Both the position numbers and the translations under genes were made by a program. DNA of 64,000 nucleotides. It comes from Lingula anatina. Lineage: Eukaryota > Animalia > Brachiopoda. The stretch covers positions 20,460,001-20,524,000 of the forward strand of contig CM120646.1 in the NCBI GenBank assembly GCA_051362555.1, read 5' to 3'. Each line of letters starts with the position of its first letter. Positions within the stretch are counted from its first letter, which is position 1. The notes below the pieces were generated by a model. That model had not been told where the DNA came from. It saw nothing but the letters and a program-made list of their open reading frames with translations, and searched no databases. This document shows positions 25,074 through 36,950 of the stretch, one piece after another.

Positions 25074-27273
25074 GTCTTCATGTCTCATTAATAAAACCTA
25101 CTCTGCCCCCCTCCCCCCCCCCCACCAGGGGCATTTTGTTTATTTTCGAAATCCGTCTCCATCGCACCTCACCCCCTTTATTTTATGATGCCGTTTTATC
25201 GACTTGATATCAAATAAATTGCAGGTACTTGACAAACGACCCACAATGGCAAACAAAACGGTGACCTAGTTTGAGCTGCGGTGTACCGCGAGGCTCTTTG
25301 TAAGTCTTTTCATGACGTCACCTGGTTAGCACTCACCACCGGGAAGTGACAAACAAAATTTACCTGAGTAAGACTAGACTTGTTTCACGGTAGGGTTTAG
25401 GTCATAATTAAATTAGAGCCGCTGTTGACGCACTATACTTACCAGTTAATTGTGAAACAAAGGCGCTGGTGTGGTAGCCGCTTCTGTTCAAGGGACGAGA
25501 ACGCGAAAGAGAAAGTGCTACCAACTGATACCAGGTAGGTCTTATTTGCACTTTTTCCCGTTCGTGTTTAACATAGGATACACATTAAACATCACTGAAC
25601 AGGATATTTTACACCGTTTTAATCCTCTAAAGATAAACAATTAACGTCTTTACGAACATCGCTCATGTAGGCCTACTGGAGTCTTTGTAAGTATGCAACC
25701 GGTCGTTTTAAGGGTACGATAATCTGCCCTTACTAAGCTAGTTTCTCTACCACAGAGTATTAGCTACGGAGGAGTAAATATATCGACCATAGGTTTCTAT
25801 TGCATGTTTTTTCAATGCTTTATATAAAAGACTATTGAATTCCGGCTTTCGAGCACTCTCGGTAGAAGGTGTATAGTGTTGTGCACAGGTAAATGTACGC
25901 TTAGCAGAAATGGGCGGGGTGGGGGGTGGGGGGGGGGGGAGACGAGAGACTATCATGCAGCACACACAACTTTACAAATACAATTTTAAAAAACATCGTC
26001 ATTAACGTCATATGTGCTTGTACCTGTAAATGTATTTTTGGCAATTTTATTGGCGATTCAATGTTATCAGAAATTATTCTGTCATCAAAACGACAGACTG
26101 TAGAAATACAGGGGTATTAGTAGTGCCTTTAATATTCTGTGACTTTTTTCTACGGATCAAACTGCGGTAGGTAGATATTCACACACCATTCCCTTATGTT
26201 CTGTGTCATCGAGAGTTTTTGCACAACATCAACGTCATATCACACTACTGGTATATAGTACAGAGTTGGTACCATGTGATATCATGGGCCTCTCAAATAG
26301 TATACAAAATTTAAGTATAGGCGATACAATTATTTTATAAAATGCTAGGGCAACTCTGTGGTCAGAGAGTAGCGAGTTTTAGTGTGCATCAGACAACTAC
26401 TCAAACTTCTCACTTGGAGGTTTAGTAATATATATATATATAAGAAGATACAGGTTGTATATACCGGTATGTGTATGTATATATATAAAGGAAAAATACA
26501 CGTAAGCCTACTCCTTTAGCCACACTTAGCTATGCACGTAGATATATATTCTTGTACGCACGCACACCCGCTCATCTGCGCTCAAGCAAGCGCGTAGGTA
26601 TGACAGAAAATCCACAGACACAACAGTGTTTGTTTTGCAATTTATCAGATAAGATGATAGGGCAAACTGAGTCTAAAAACCAATGCAAAGTCTTAAACAA
26701 TCTTTATTTAGACCTACTTCTTTAAAGATATCTTTTAAAATGAAGTTTGCTTAAAGAGAATCTAGAGAACTTACCTGTATGTCAACAATCTTGAAAAATC
26801 ACGTCGGTGTCACACGTTATGAAGCAACCAGCGACTATTACTATATTTGTCACCGGCGTCCGTTATTGCGGTAATTCTCCTTAAACGCAGACTATTATCT
26901 ACATAAGTTAAACATTGACAGAGTATAAATCATGATCACTTAATAGCATCACATGAGGCAGCAGAGGTTAAAGTTTTATCCTTTGTTCCCCGAACATAAC
27001 AGTAAATCTATTACTGACTCTATCCCATGTTTTGAATCAATAGGGTATTTCACAGACGTCGTGGCTCTGTGATATTTCTCGAGCCACTGCGCCAATCACT
27101 GCCAGTCCGTGCACCAGTTATTAAAACCCTTCCCCCTCGGAAAATTTCGATACCATTTCACTGTGTAAACCGCGCATGGTAATCCTCTTTAATAAAATGA
27201 TAATAAACAATGAATAGACTTTTATCTCTTTTCAGCTTCTGTTTTGACCTTGTCGACATTACGTGTCACGGCC

Positions 27274-29908
27274 ATGGCCGGTTATCTCCTCAAAGTGCTA
27301 ATCTCCACTGCAACTTTACAAAGTGTGCTTCACGGCGCAGGTAAGTGCCCGTTTAGGGTGTTTTAAGCCACAAGATTAAACATAATCGAAAATAAACAAA
27401 CGCCTACTGCGTGATTTTATACTGGGTATAATACCTGTAAATAGCAAAGCTAATTTTCTCGGAAATGTCAAAACATTTCCCTCGGCCATCAGGAAATATC
27501 TACGTTTGCGGTCTGCAATCTCGTCTTGTTGATTAAGTTGCTAATTTGGCCGTCATTTTCGTGACTGGCGACTTTCTTCCCTATGAGATATGAAGATTGT
27601 GAAACAAATCGTAATTTTTATCGACTGTTGTGGAAAGTGTACATATCGATGATAAAAGAAAATGTCCAGGAAAATTTCTTTTTACATACTTTGCTGTATA
27701 GAACATTATGCACATTATGTGCATTTTTGCATTTTTAAAATGTGTCTATCAAAGATAAGGAATAGAGCTGGATTACTTGACCGAATGTGCCACACCCCAG
27801 GTCTTCAAAAATTAGATAATCAATTCAACCCCACCCTTACCAGTGGCGGATTAAGGGGGGGGGGGTCATGGGGATCCTGATACCTCTTCCATTTCCGAAA
27901 AAAATCAATGGTCCCCTCTTGAAATGATAATTTTGACTAGCTGAATCATAGTTCTAAACCGTACCAAATGACACCGTTCGCCCCCTAAAAACCACATTTT
28001 CCTTCGAGGCCTTTACGCGGGCCTCGAACCCCACGCCAAGGGGAGTGGGGTGTCGGCTTCGCATCCGCGGACCCCCCCCCCCCCCCCCTCCCTTCAAATT
28101 ATCCTGGTTCCGCCCCTGCTTACCAAGAAGGGGTAAGGGGCTTCTTTTGAGCGGAGACACAAAGCATGCTGCACATAGCCTGGTATTTTCCAAAATTTTT
28201 CTTTCTCTTTTCTTCATAACCGATACATTGTAGGGTGAGACGATCATTTAAATGCATCTTCAAATAAATTTTCAGTCTCTTTGGATTGTCTCTCCGATCA
28301 GTGTAGTTATGGCGGAAGTGGGGAACCCGCATGCGTAACATCCACGTCCACAGCAACAACCATCACTTGTCCATCCGGTGAACTTTGCTATACTAAGAGG
28401 CAGTACCTGAAGTGTAAGTAATATGTTGGCAGGTTAAAGACCCTATTCTAGTGCATGTATTACAGCTGAGCGGGATATTTATACGAGATTAATATTCACA
28501 ATTTATAGTTATTTTTTAAAATGATAATATTTAAAGCGTTTCTTCTTCAAAGTTGCTTTTAAAAATGCACGTATCATACATTTCCCCAATAAGGAAACAC
28601 CTTTTTGCAAGTAACATATGTCGTATTTGTGCTATTTTTTTTTTTTTTTTTCAAATGAAGGGATGTTCTGTTGACGAATTTTTGCCTAGGGTATTTTAGT
28701 AAAAATAAATGACAGCTATGTTGTAAATATATTTAAATGAAAGTGGCGTATTTTGATTTTTCTTATTTCTAAAAGTGTATAAAAGCAATATATATATATA
28801 TATATATATAAATCAATGTTAACATACAATTTTATATTGGCACCGTTCACGTTTCAGCCCCGGGTTACATCTATTATTTTGAGAGGAAGTGTAAAGCTGA
28901 TGTGGGCCGCAGCTGCACGGAGGACAACCACTACTACACGTGTGAGGAGTCCTGCAGCACCAATAGCTGTAATAATGGGAACGGTGTTCCTAGTGGATAC
29001 GACCCTCTACCGTCATCTACAACTACTACGACAAGTGCCCCTGGCGTGTCTACTTCCACCAGCAATCCAGGCATGAATTGTCTATATAATTTTTTTTTAT
29101 TACTTTGCACAATTGCGTTTTCTTTTATCCATTTATTGGTTTGTCTATTTTTCAATTTATTTTTTAAAGATATAAATAGAATAATTTTTCGTTTTTCGAA
29201 ATCCTCCGTGATATTTCAGGTCGCCAGTGCTACAGTTGTTCTTACGTCCAGTCCGCTGATGCTTCGGCCACCTACGAGTGTGTGGACGGCGTGACCACAA
29301 GTCGAGCCATTACATGTCCATCGGATAGAACATGTGTGGTCAAACGGGTCACTTCTCTCGGTAGGTTGACCAATGATATGGCATTTTACATATTTCAAGA
29401 AAAAATAAATAAATAAATAAATAAATATATAAATAAATAAATAAAAATAAAAAATGTGTAAAAATTAAATTCTCATTCAGAGTGACTTTGACCAAATGGA
29501 GTACCAGTACAATACTAGTAGACTTTACAAGTGGAAAAGTTGAATTGGTAGGCTCAGAACCTTCATACGGGCCAAGTGTTCACAAAAATAAATGTTCGAA
29601 CTTAGTTCCTTCATGTATTTCACACAATAAAGTCTTTAATTTCTTTCTTTTTGTAAGATACAAACAGAGTTAATTCATTTGAACGTGGCTGTCTACCCAC
29701 GTCTTCCGTCACAGCAGGCTGCGCTAAAGATGTCTACTTCAACACGTGTACGACCACGTGTTCTGGACATTTGTGCAACACAGGAACTGGAATACCGGAC
29801 AGCGAAACTACAACAACTGGTCGGTCCGGTGGCGGTACTTTGAAGAGCAGTCCATTCTTGTTTTTAGTTTTGCTCGGCTGTATTTTGCCACGCGTGCAAA
29901 TGTCTTGA
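27274..29908 (+). CDS. Two-domain Ly6/uPAR (three-finger, quiver/sleepless-like) protein with signal peptide and predicted GPI anchor, 269 aa
   Basis: Exons 27274-27340 (gccATGG; MAGYLLKVLISTATLQSVLHGA), 28276-28413, 28858-29070, 29220-29360 and 29658-29908; all introns phase 1. Two 10-Cys domains end in CxxxCxxxxCN and are joined by a Ser/Thr linker. C-terminal small-residue plus hydrophobic tail. The model needs a GC donor at 29071 and an AAG acceptor at 29655-29657. Probable 5' UTR exon donor near 25535. Confidence 0.82.
27841..28118. mobile_element. 278-bp MITE with CAGTGGCGGA...TCCGCCCCTG termini and a 5-bp TSD (CTTAC); hAT-like
   Basis: TIR and flanking cttac (27836-27840 and 28119-28123) read directly. 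Intronic in the Ly6 gene. Confidence 0.75.
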
Positions 29909-30147
29909 CGAGTAGACGTGTAGTGCGTTAGCTGACCTGCGATAACCCTGCCGAGCAACTTTGCAGATCATCTGAGATGGCTTACATGTAAATACGCAAA
30001 CGCATTCAGCTTGGCTTTTTTTAAGAATGTCAAAAACTAGTGTCCCATGCATATTAGTAACCTTAGTTGTTCATTACATCGGCACTGTTATTAAAGACAT
30101 TTATGACATTTTAATGCTTTTAATTTATTTTTGATTGTCGCTGTAAA

Positions 30148-30405
30148 TGTAACGTTAGTAAGTGACAGCGTGCAGCGAATAAGAGCGGGGAGTGTTTTGT
30201 AGTGTCACTTTAGTTGATTGACACGACCTTATTGTACTTAAGCGAAGAATGTAATGTAGACGGAGAGAACGATGTAAGAGGTTGAACGTAGAGGAATAAA
30301 CTGTAGATAGCGTAGTTAGAAAGCGATAATAAAGAATATGGGAAAACATGGAATTGTTTAGTTATTACCTCGCGCCACCAAGACAAAGTCAGTAGCGTCG
30401 TCACA
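30148..30405 (+). repeat. 5' LTR (258 bp)
   Basis: TGTAAC...GTCACA. Identical by eye to 39594-39851. Contains AATAAA twice. Confidence 0.95.
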
Positions 30406-30407
30406 TA

Positions 30408-30420
30408 TGGTGGAGGATGC
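30408..30420 (+). promoter_or_regulatory. Primer-binding site, complementary to the tRNA-Ala 3' end
   Basis: TGGTGGAGGATGC, 2 nt after the LTR. Its reverse complement GCATCCTCCACCA matches the 3' end of metazoan tRNA-Ala(AGC) as I recall it. Confidence 0.75.
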
Positions 30421-30450
30421 AAAAAGATAAAGAGACTTTCGATATGAATA

Positions 30451-31533
30451 ATGTCAGATAGAGAAGGACCAGTCACCAGACAGACATACAGACGCGAACG
30501 TATTCTATTCGAAAAGAAGATGGCTACCGGACAAACAAAAGAAATGAAAGGTAAGGAAGAACCTTTTGATTTTTTAGATATTAGAGACCAGTTGGAAGAT
30601 ATTCATATGAAATTAGATGTTATGGGTAAGGGCGACCCCCTTTTACATGCAGTTCAGAGGCAACTTACAGAGTTGAACGAAAAACCAACTTCAGTTTCTT
30701 CTGGTCCAAATATCGATACATTCTTTGGCTTTTCAACAGAAAACGCGCGGTTATGGCTTACGAGGTTCGAAAATTACTGCAGTTTGAATAAATATTCCCC
30801 AGTTCGGAAATTGAATGCCTTTATGCTATACATGAAGGGTCCTGCTGAAATATGGTTATCCGAATTGCCTGACGCGAGAAAATCGAGTTATGATGTCCTA
30901 AAAACTGAATTTCAAAACAATTTTGGCAGACAAACTTCAAAATGGACTAGGGAACACGAACTCGGAGAAAGAAAACAAGCAGAAAATGAATCCATCGAGG
31001 TTTATATCGCGGATATGCGACACCGTTTTTCACTGCTTAATAAAAGCGCGGATGACAGACTCGCGTATTTCGTGAGAGGGTTACGGAACGAAATAAAACG
31101 TTTTGTTATTGCGCAAAACCCATCTAATTTAGAAGAAGCAGAAAATCATGCACGATTAGGGTCAACAATTGCATCAATACCGGTTGAAAACGAAAAGCCG
31201 GAGATCGTAACATCTGTCTCTGGAATTGAGAAAAATCTCCAGCGAATAATGGAACAGCAAGGAAAACAAATTGATGACATTCGCCGGGAAATTAGACGCG
31301 AGCAAGTAGGAAAACAACACTTTGCGGAAACACCGTACTGTTCTTACTGTCGTAGGAACGGGCACACATATGCTGCGTGTCGGCGTCAAAAACAGACCAC
31401 AGGGGGGCCCCGTTGTTTCAAGTGCAACAGATTTGGGCACATACAGAAATTTTGCAGATCATTTCCAAATTCCCGACAACAAAATACTCGAGGGAGGCAA
31501 AACTTTTACAATGGGAACCGGAATTTAAACTAG
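30451..31533 (+). CDS. gag: Gag (capsid-like retrotransposon gag domain plus two CCHC zinc knuckles), 360 aa
   Basis: WLTRFENY...GPAEIW...FVRGLRNEIK gag pattern. Zinc knuckles CSYCRRNGHTYAAC and CFKCNRFGHIQKFC. Confidence 0.95.
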   Translation: MSDREGPVTRQTYRRERILFEKKMATGQTKEMKGKEEPFDFLDIRDQLEDIHMKLDVMGKGDPLLHAVQRQLTELNEKPTSVSSGPNIDTFFGFSTENARLWLTRFENYCSLNKYSPVRKLNAFMLYMKGPAEIWLSELPDARKSSYDVLKTEFQNNFGRQTSKWTREHELGERKQAENESIEVYIADMRHRFSLLNKSADDRLAYFVRGLRNEIKRFVIAQNPSNLEEAENHARLGSTIASIPVENEKPEIVTSVSGIEKNLQRIMEQQGKQIDDIRREIRREQVGKQHFAETPYCSYCRRNGHTYAACRRQKQTTGGPRCFKCNRFGHIQKFCRSFPNSRQQNTRGRQNFYNGNRNLN

Positions 31534-31578
31534 AACGGCAAAAATCACAAATTGGAAAAGAACGGGGTGAATTTTGCC
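31524..31578 (+). promoter_or_regulatory. Programmed -1 ribosomal frameshift signal (U UUA AAC plus 3' stem-loop)
   Basis: The heptamer at 31524-31530 is in gag phase, directly before the gag TAG, and pol is in the -1 frame. A 6-nt spacer precedes a stem at 31537-31548/31567-31578 (11 of 12 pairs). Confidence 0.8.
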
Positions 31579-34500
31579 AACATATTTCTAGGGGCACCCG
31601 TTCGATCATGGCATGTGGAAAGGAAATAAAATTAGGGAAAAACAATTTTGTAGAATTGCTCATCAATGGAATCAAAATTAGTGCTTTGATAGATACAGGA
31701 TCATATGTTACAATTGTGAATACCGACCTATTACGGAAACACGACTCTCTAAAATCACTACGTATCATAACATCTACAAAAACGACAGCTGTGGCTGCAA
31801 ATAACACACGAATCACATTGAAAGGGCAAGTGTCAGTAGATTTGCGCTTCCCCGGTGGATACAATTCTGTTAACACGTTAGTGCAAACAGCTGATAATAT
31901 TGGGTATGATATGATTATTGGGAATGATTTCCTGAGAGAAAACAGAGCGATTATAGATTTCACTAAACACACGGTCAGACTTTCAAAGAAAAGTTACCCA
32001 GTCAAAGCTATTAAAAATGTTTTGATACCTGCTGAGTCTGAAGTTCTTTTTCTCTGTGCTGTTGGTGCGAATTTACCCAATGGAGTCGAAGGAGTTGTTT
32101 ACAAAAACAAAAATTTATCACATTTGCCTTTTGAATGTGCGAGGGTTTTAGGTGTTACTAATCAAAATATGATCCCTGTGCGATGTATAAATACTGCGAA
32201 GTATCCTTTTCTCATCAGGAAAAGAACGAAATTAGGATGTTTTTCAATTTTGCCCCAAGATACAAAAATTACTGAATTTTCAAACGATACAGAAAAGTCG
32301 GGAAGAACTATAGCTCCGACGACGGTGAATGAAACAAAAAACGAAGTCCCTGATGTAGATTTCAGTGGTTCAGATATCACTAGTGAACAAAAAGCAGAAT
32401 TTGTTGATTTATTGTCAAAATATGCGGACGTATTTAAACAACCTGGGGAGCCTTTGAAAATGACCCCAGTCATTGAACACGATATCAGAGTGGACCCAAA
32501 TCAAATGCCCATTCGTTCGCAAATGTATCGAACGTCACCAAAACATCGGAAGATTATAGAGGAACAGGTAGGGAACATGTTACAAGAAGGTATTATAAGA
32601 CCATCCGTCTCTCCGTGGAGTAGTCCGGTCGTTTTAGTACAAAAACCAGATGGCTCATATCGTTTTTGCATTGATTACAGAAAGCTGAATGCGGTTACAA
32701 AAGACGATGTTTACCCTTTACCTAGAATTGACGATACGATAGACGCGTTGGGGTCAATTAAACCGAAATTCATGTCTACGTTTGACCTTCAAAGTGGATA
32801 TTGGGAAGTAGGGTTATCAGAAAAAAGTAAACCGATGAGCGCATTCGTTTGTCATGCCGGTCTTTTTGAATTTAACAGAATGCCGATGGGTCTTAAAAGT
32901 TCAGGCGCAACTTTTTCACGAATGGTAGAAAATGTGTTTCGAGGTTTATCATGGAAAACACTTTTCTTATATTTAGATGACATTATAGTTGCGAGTCCCA
33001 CTTTTGAAGATCACCTTCGTGATGTAGAAACTGTTTTCCAAAGGCTAAGAAAAGCGAACTTAACATTGAAGCCATCTAAATGTTTTATTGCACGAAAAGA
33101 AGTTAAATATTTAGGGTACATAGTCTCCAAAGACGGTGTTCGTGTTGACCCTATGAAATGTAAGGCGGTACAGGAATTCCCAGTCCCTTTAAATGTTAAG
33201 CAAGTCCGCGGATTTTTAGGATTGGCAAATTACTATCGGAAGTTTATAAAAGGCTACGCTGCCATAGTTAGACCTTTGACAGCTCTTACACAAAAGGGGA
33301 AAGAATTTAAATGGTCTGAAGAATGCCAAACAAGTTTCGATACCCTGAAGACTGCGCTTACATCTGCTCCAATTCTTGCGTATCCCAATTTTAATCTCCC
33401 GTTTATTCTTTACACCGACGCGAGTTCACACGCGTTAGGCATGGTTCTATCACAAATACAAGACGGTAAAGAAAGAGTCATCGCTTATGCCGGGAGAGGT
33501 TTAAAAAGACACGAGAAAAATTATCCCATCACAGAATTGGAAGGATTAGCAGTAGTGCAAGGTATAAAATATTTCGATATCTACCTTAGGCATTCCAAAT
33601 TCAAAGTTATCACAGACCACGATAGCCTTAAATGGTTATTGTCACAAAAACAACCGCGTGGAAGATTGTGTCGATGGATACTGACTTTGTCCCCTTACAA
33701 TTTTACTATTGAACACAGAAAAGGAAAAAACCACGCGAATGCAGACGCGCTTAGCCGCCGCCCTTACGACATAGAAATCGATGATGAAGAATTAGACTTG
33801 GGCAAACTTTATGACACAACGCAGAGTTCAATTCCAAGTGACGCGTGTTTGAACAAAATACAGATGTCAGACCCCATATCAGGACAGGTACTTGATGATA
33901 ATCCTAAAAAGAGTGACAACAGATCAAATAAGTGTGGAATGCTTTTAGCAATTAAAGGGAAGAGAAAGAACACAGATCGTTTGTCAAAATGTCAAGATTA
34001 TCATTCATTTGTCTCAAAAGAAGAATTGCTAAAACTCCAGCGTGAAGATAAGAACCTTGCGTCAATTATCGCGTATTTGACATCAGATGAACTACCACTT
34101 GGTAGCAGAGAAGCCCGACGTATGTTGTTAGAAATCGGAGATTACGTGATGATAGACGGCTTTTTACATCATATTTATGTCCCCAAAGGGAGGAAATCAC
34201 CCCACTCAGAAGGTTATTTGCAACTTGTTATTCCCGACAAGTTGAAGTACAAAGTTTTGTCTAGTTTACACGATGATATCACAATCGGTCATGGGGGCAT
34301 TCAGAAAACATACTTAGCATTGCGGATGAAGTACTTTTGGAAAGGTCAATTCGCAGATGTGGTCGATTACGTGCGTTCTTGTGTTGAATGCTTGACAAAG
34401 AAAAACCCTCCAAAAGATTTCAGGGCTCCCTTATTACCTTTGCCCGTGGAAGGTAGCTTTGATAGATTATCTGTTGACTGCATAACGTCTCTGCCAGTTA

Positions 34501-35164
34501 CGAGTCGAGGGAATAAGAATTTGGTTACATTCATAGACAGTTTAACTGGATGGCCAGAAGCATTCCCGGTACCCGACATTACAGCACCTACCATTGCAAG
34601 ATTGCTTTTTGATGAGATAATATGTAGGCATGGGGTACCCAAAACTTTGTTAAGTGATAGAGGCAGTAATTTCCTCTCAGACATAGTGATGGAGTTATGC
34701 AAATACACAGACATGTTAAAAAATTCAAACCAGTTCGTACCATCCCATGACAAACGGTCAAGTAGAGAGATTAAATGGGTTGATTATGAAAACATTATCA
34801 AATTATGTTTCAAAGAATCAAAAAGATTGGGATTTATTTGTTAACTCAGCTCTGATGGGTATACGAGTTACACCTAACGCGAGCTCTATGATGAGTCCAT
34901 TTTTCCTGTTATATGGCAAAGAGGCACGTTTACCAATTGATGTAGCTCTTCTGTCCCCAGTGATAAAATCTCCATCAATGAACTATCACATTCAAAATTT
35001 GATAAAGAAATTGAGTGTGGCTCAAGAGATAGCCCATGAGAATATAGAACAAGCAAAAGAGAGAATGAAAATATTGTATGATAGGAAAGCTCAAGATGTG
35101 AAATATCAAATAGGCGATCGTGTATTCGTTTACAACCCAGCTGTCCCGAAAGGATGCACTAAAA

Positions 35165-35204
<40 letters not shown>

Positions 35205-36373
35205 TTATTAAGCCAATAAAATACAAATGTATAAAATCGGGAATCTTTTGCCCTGTAGTAGCGCCATTGAAATATAAAAAAATGAAAATTAAAATTACAT
35301 GTTAGAGTTAAAAATAGTTACTGCCGAAGGATAAAAGCTATTTAAAAATCGCTTACTACCCTTAAAAGCTAAGAGTCTCGAATTGCTAGGTAAAAATTTA
35401 AAAAGGGTATGGGCTGGATGGGAACTGTCTGTCATTATTGATAATGTTTTCTTTTTAGTCCTGTCTAGATATATAGTATGGACGGGAGTTAGATCTGTTC
35501 CAATTACAATCCCTGCAGTTTCGACGATCTTTTCCAACTTGTTCCTCTCCTCCACAGTTGCACGTCCATACCAAACAGTTACTGAATAAGTTAAGATACT
35601 CTCTAAAACACACCTGTAAAAGTTCGTTAAAATAAACACATTTCTGGTAAAAGCTTTCAATTTCCTTAAGAAATACATTCGTTGACGTGCCTTTTTCAAT
35701 AGCTTCGTGATGTTATCGCCCCAGGTTAACCTATTATTCAGCTGAACCCCTAGTAATTTATAATTAGAAACCTGTTCGACCGCTTTACCGTTAACTTCCA
35801 AGGGATTTTTACTTATCTGATTTCTTCTGAAGTCTATGATCATTTCTTTTGTTTTGCTCACATTTAATATCAAGTCATTAGTTAGCACGACTCTATCATG
35901 GTCCATTCACTATCATAGATATGCCTACACCCGTTAATGTGAAGTTAAGCCGTGTGTCAGACAATCATGTAGTGAGAACTCTTGTCCATGTGAATCGTTT
36001 GAAACTGGGGTACGACAGGAAAATGAGACCGCCGGATACTGAAATCCCCGATTTAAATAACGGTGACGATACACAATTACAAGAAGAAGATTTCCCAAGT
36101 GATAGTTTTATCACGGAGCCGGAAAATGAAGTACAACAAGAGAATGAGGCTGGAGGACAAGTTGATTTGTCCCAGACCACTGATGAACTATTTGAAGTAG
36201 AAAAAGTCTTACGTGGTCGAGTGCGGAAAAACGGTGAAACACAATACCTCATTAAGTGGAAAGGGTTTCCTCAAAGTCAGAATACTTGGGAACCCGTTGA
36301 AAATCTCAATAAAGCCACATTGGATTACATTAAAGAGAATAATATTAAAGTGACGGGAAAGATAATTAAGTAA
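31530..36373 (+). pseudogene. pol: Pol polyprotein (protease, RT, RNase H, integrase, chromodomain), interrupted twice
   Basis: Motifs: ALIDTGS, YLDD, YTDAS, HHCC zinc finger, SDRGSNF, NGQVERLN, HGPF and chromodomain FEVEKV...[17 protein letters not shown]. An extra A in the run at 34718-34723 shifts the frame within integrase (could be an assembly error). A LINE insertion at 35170-35879 splits the integrase C-terminus. Confidence 0.93.
35170..35879 (-). mobile_element. 5'-truncated Rex1/Babar-like (CR1 group) LINE nested in the Gypsy integrase
   Basis: RT C-terminal ORF 35879-35295 (LNVSKTKEMIIDFRR, YKLLGV, KKARQRMYFLRKL, FYRCVLESILTY..WYG). (TTA)n 3' tail. AGTTA duplicated at 35165-35169 and 35880-35884. 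Confidence 0.9.
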
Positions 36374-36650
36374 GGGGTGTGTCAATGAAAGAGAACACGC
36401 CCGTTTAAAAATTGATATACAGACGCGACTCGAAATAATACGTCATACGACTGACGACTCAAGGGGTGTAGCATGTGGCAAACTTGATTTCTATTGGATA
36501 CGGCTAAATATCGTATCTAAGGTTCATCTTAATTACACATAAGGAAATACTTAATTGACGCGGGACATTTTTGCCATTTATTTTAAGCGAATGAAAGTAA
36601 CGATTAAGAAGTACAACAAAATTGTAGGCCAGGCGCATTGATAACTAAAT

Positions 36651-36950
36651 ATGGATGAATATAATATACTCAATATCATGATAGAGGATACACACACTTG
36701 GACTCGGGCGTGGATAGAACAACCAAATTCTTTGTATCATCTTTCAATACAGCAATTGAGCACTGGACTTTCCAGTTTTAAGGAATCTCAGTACGCAGTC
36801 CAGTTGGGAAAGTTATTGAGAGAAAACATTTTGATTGAGTTAGGAAAAGACTGGATTATTGGAAATTTAAATGACTACAAAGATCAGCTAACAAAGGAGG
36901 AGTGTGTAGATTTACTTGACTACCTCAAGGAAAAATTATACCATATTTAA
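36651..36950 (+). CDS. Extra 99-aa ORF of unknown function inside the Gypsy element, downstream of pol
   Basis: ATG-initiated, acidic, helical-looking ORF in otherwise stop-rich AT-rich DNA. No signal peptide or TM segment; I recognise no family. Confidence 0.45.
   Translation: MDEYNILNIMIEDTHTWTRAWIEQPNSLYHLSIQQLSTGLSSFKESQYAVQLGKLLRENILIELGKDWIIGNLNDYKDQLTKEECVDLLDYLKEKLYHI

Noticed and set aside
31377-31523. ORF-track start of pol at 31377
   Set aside because: Non-ATG start overlapping gag. Pol is better explained by -1 frameshifting at 31524-31530.
35880-35906. N-terminus (MDHDRVVLT) of the 203-aa minus-strand ORF
   Set aside because: It is antisense Gypsy sequence beyond the LINE truncation point, not a real start.
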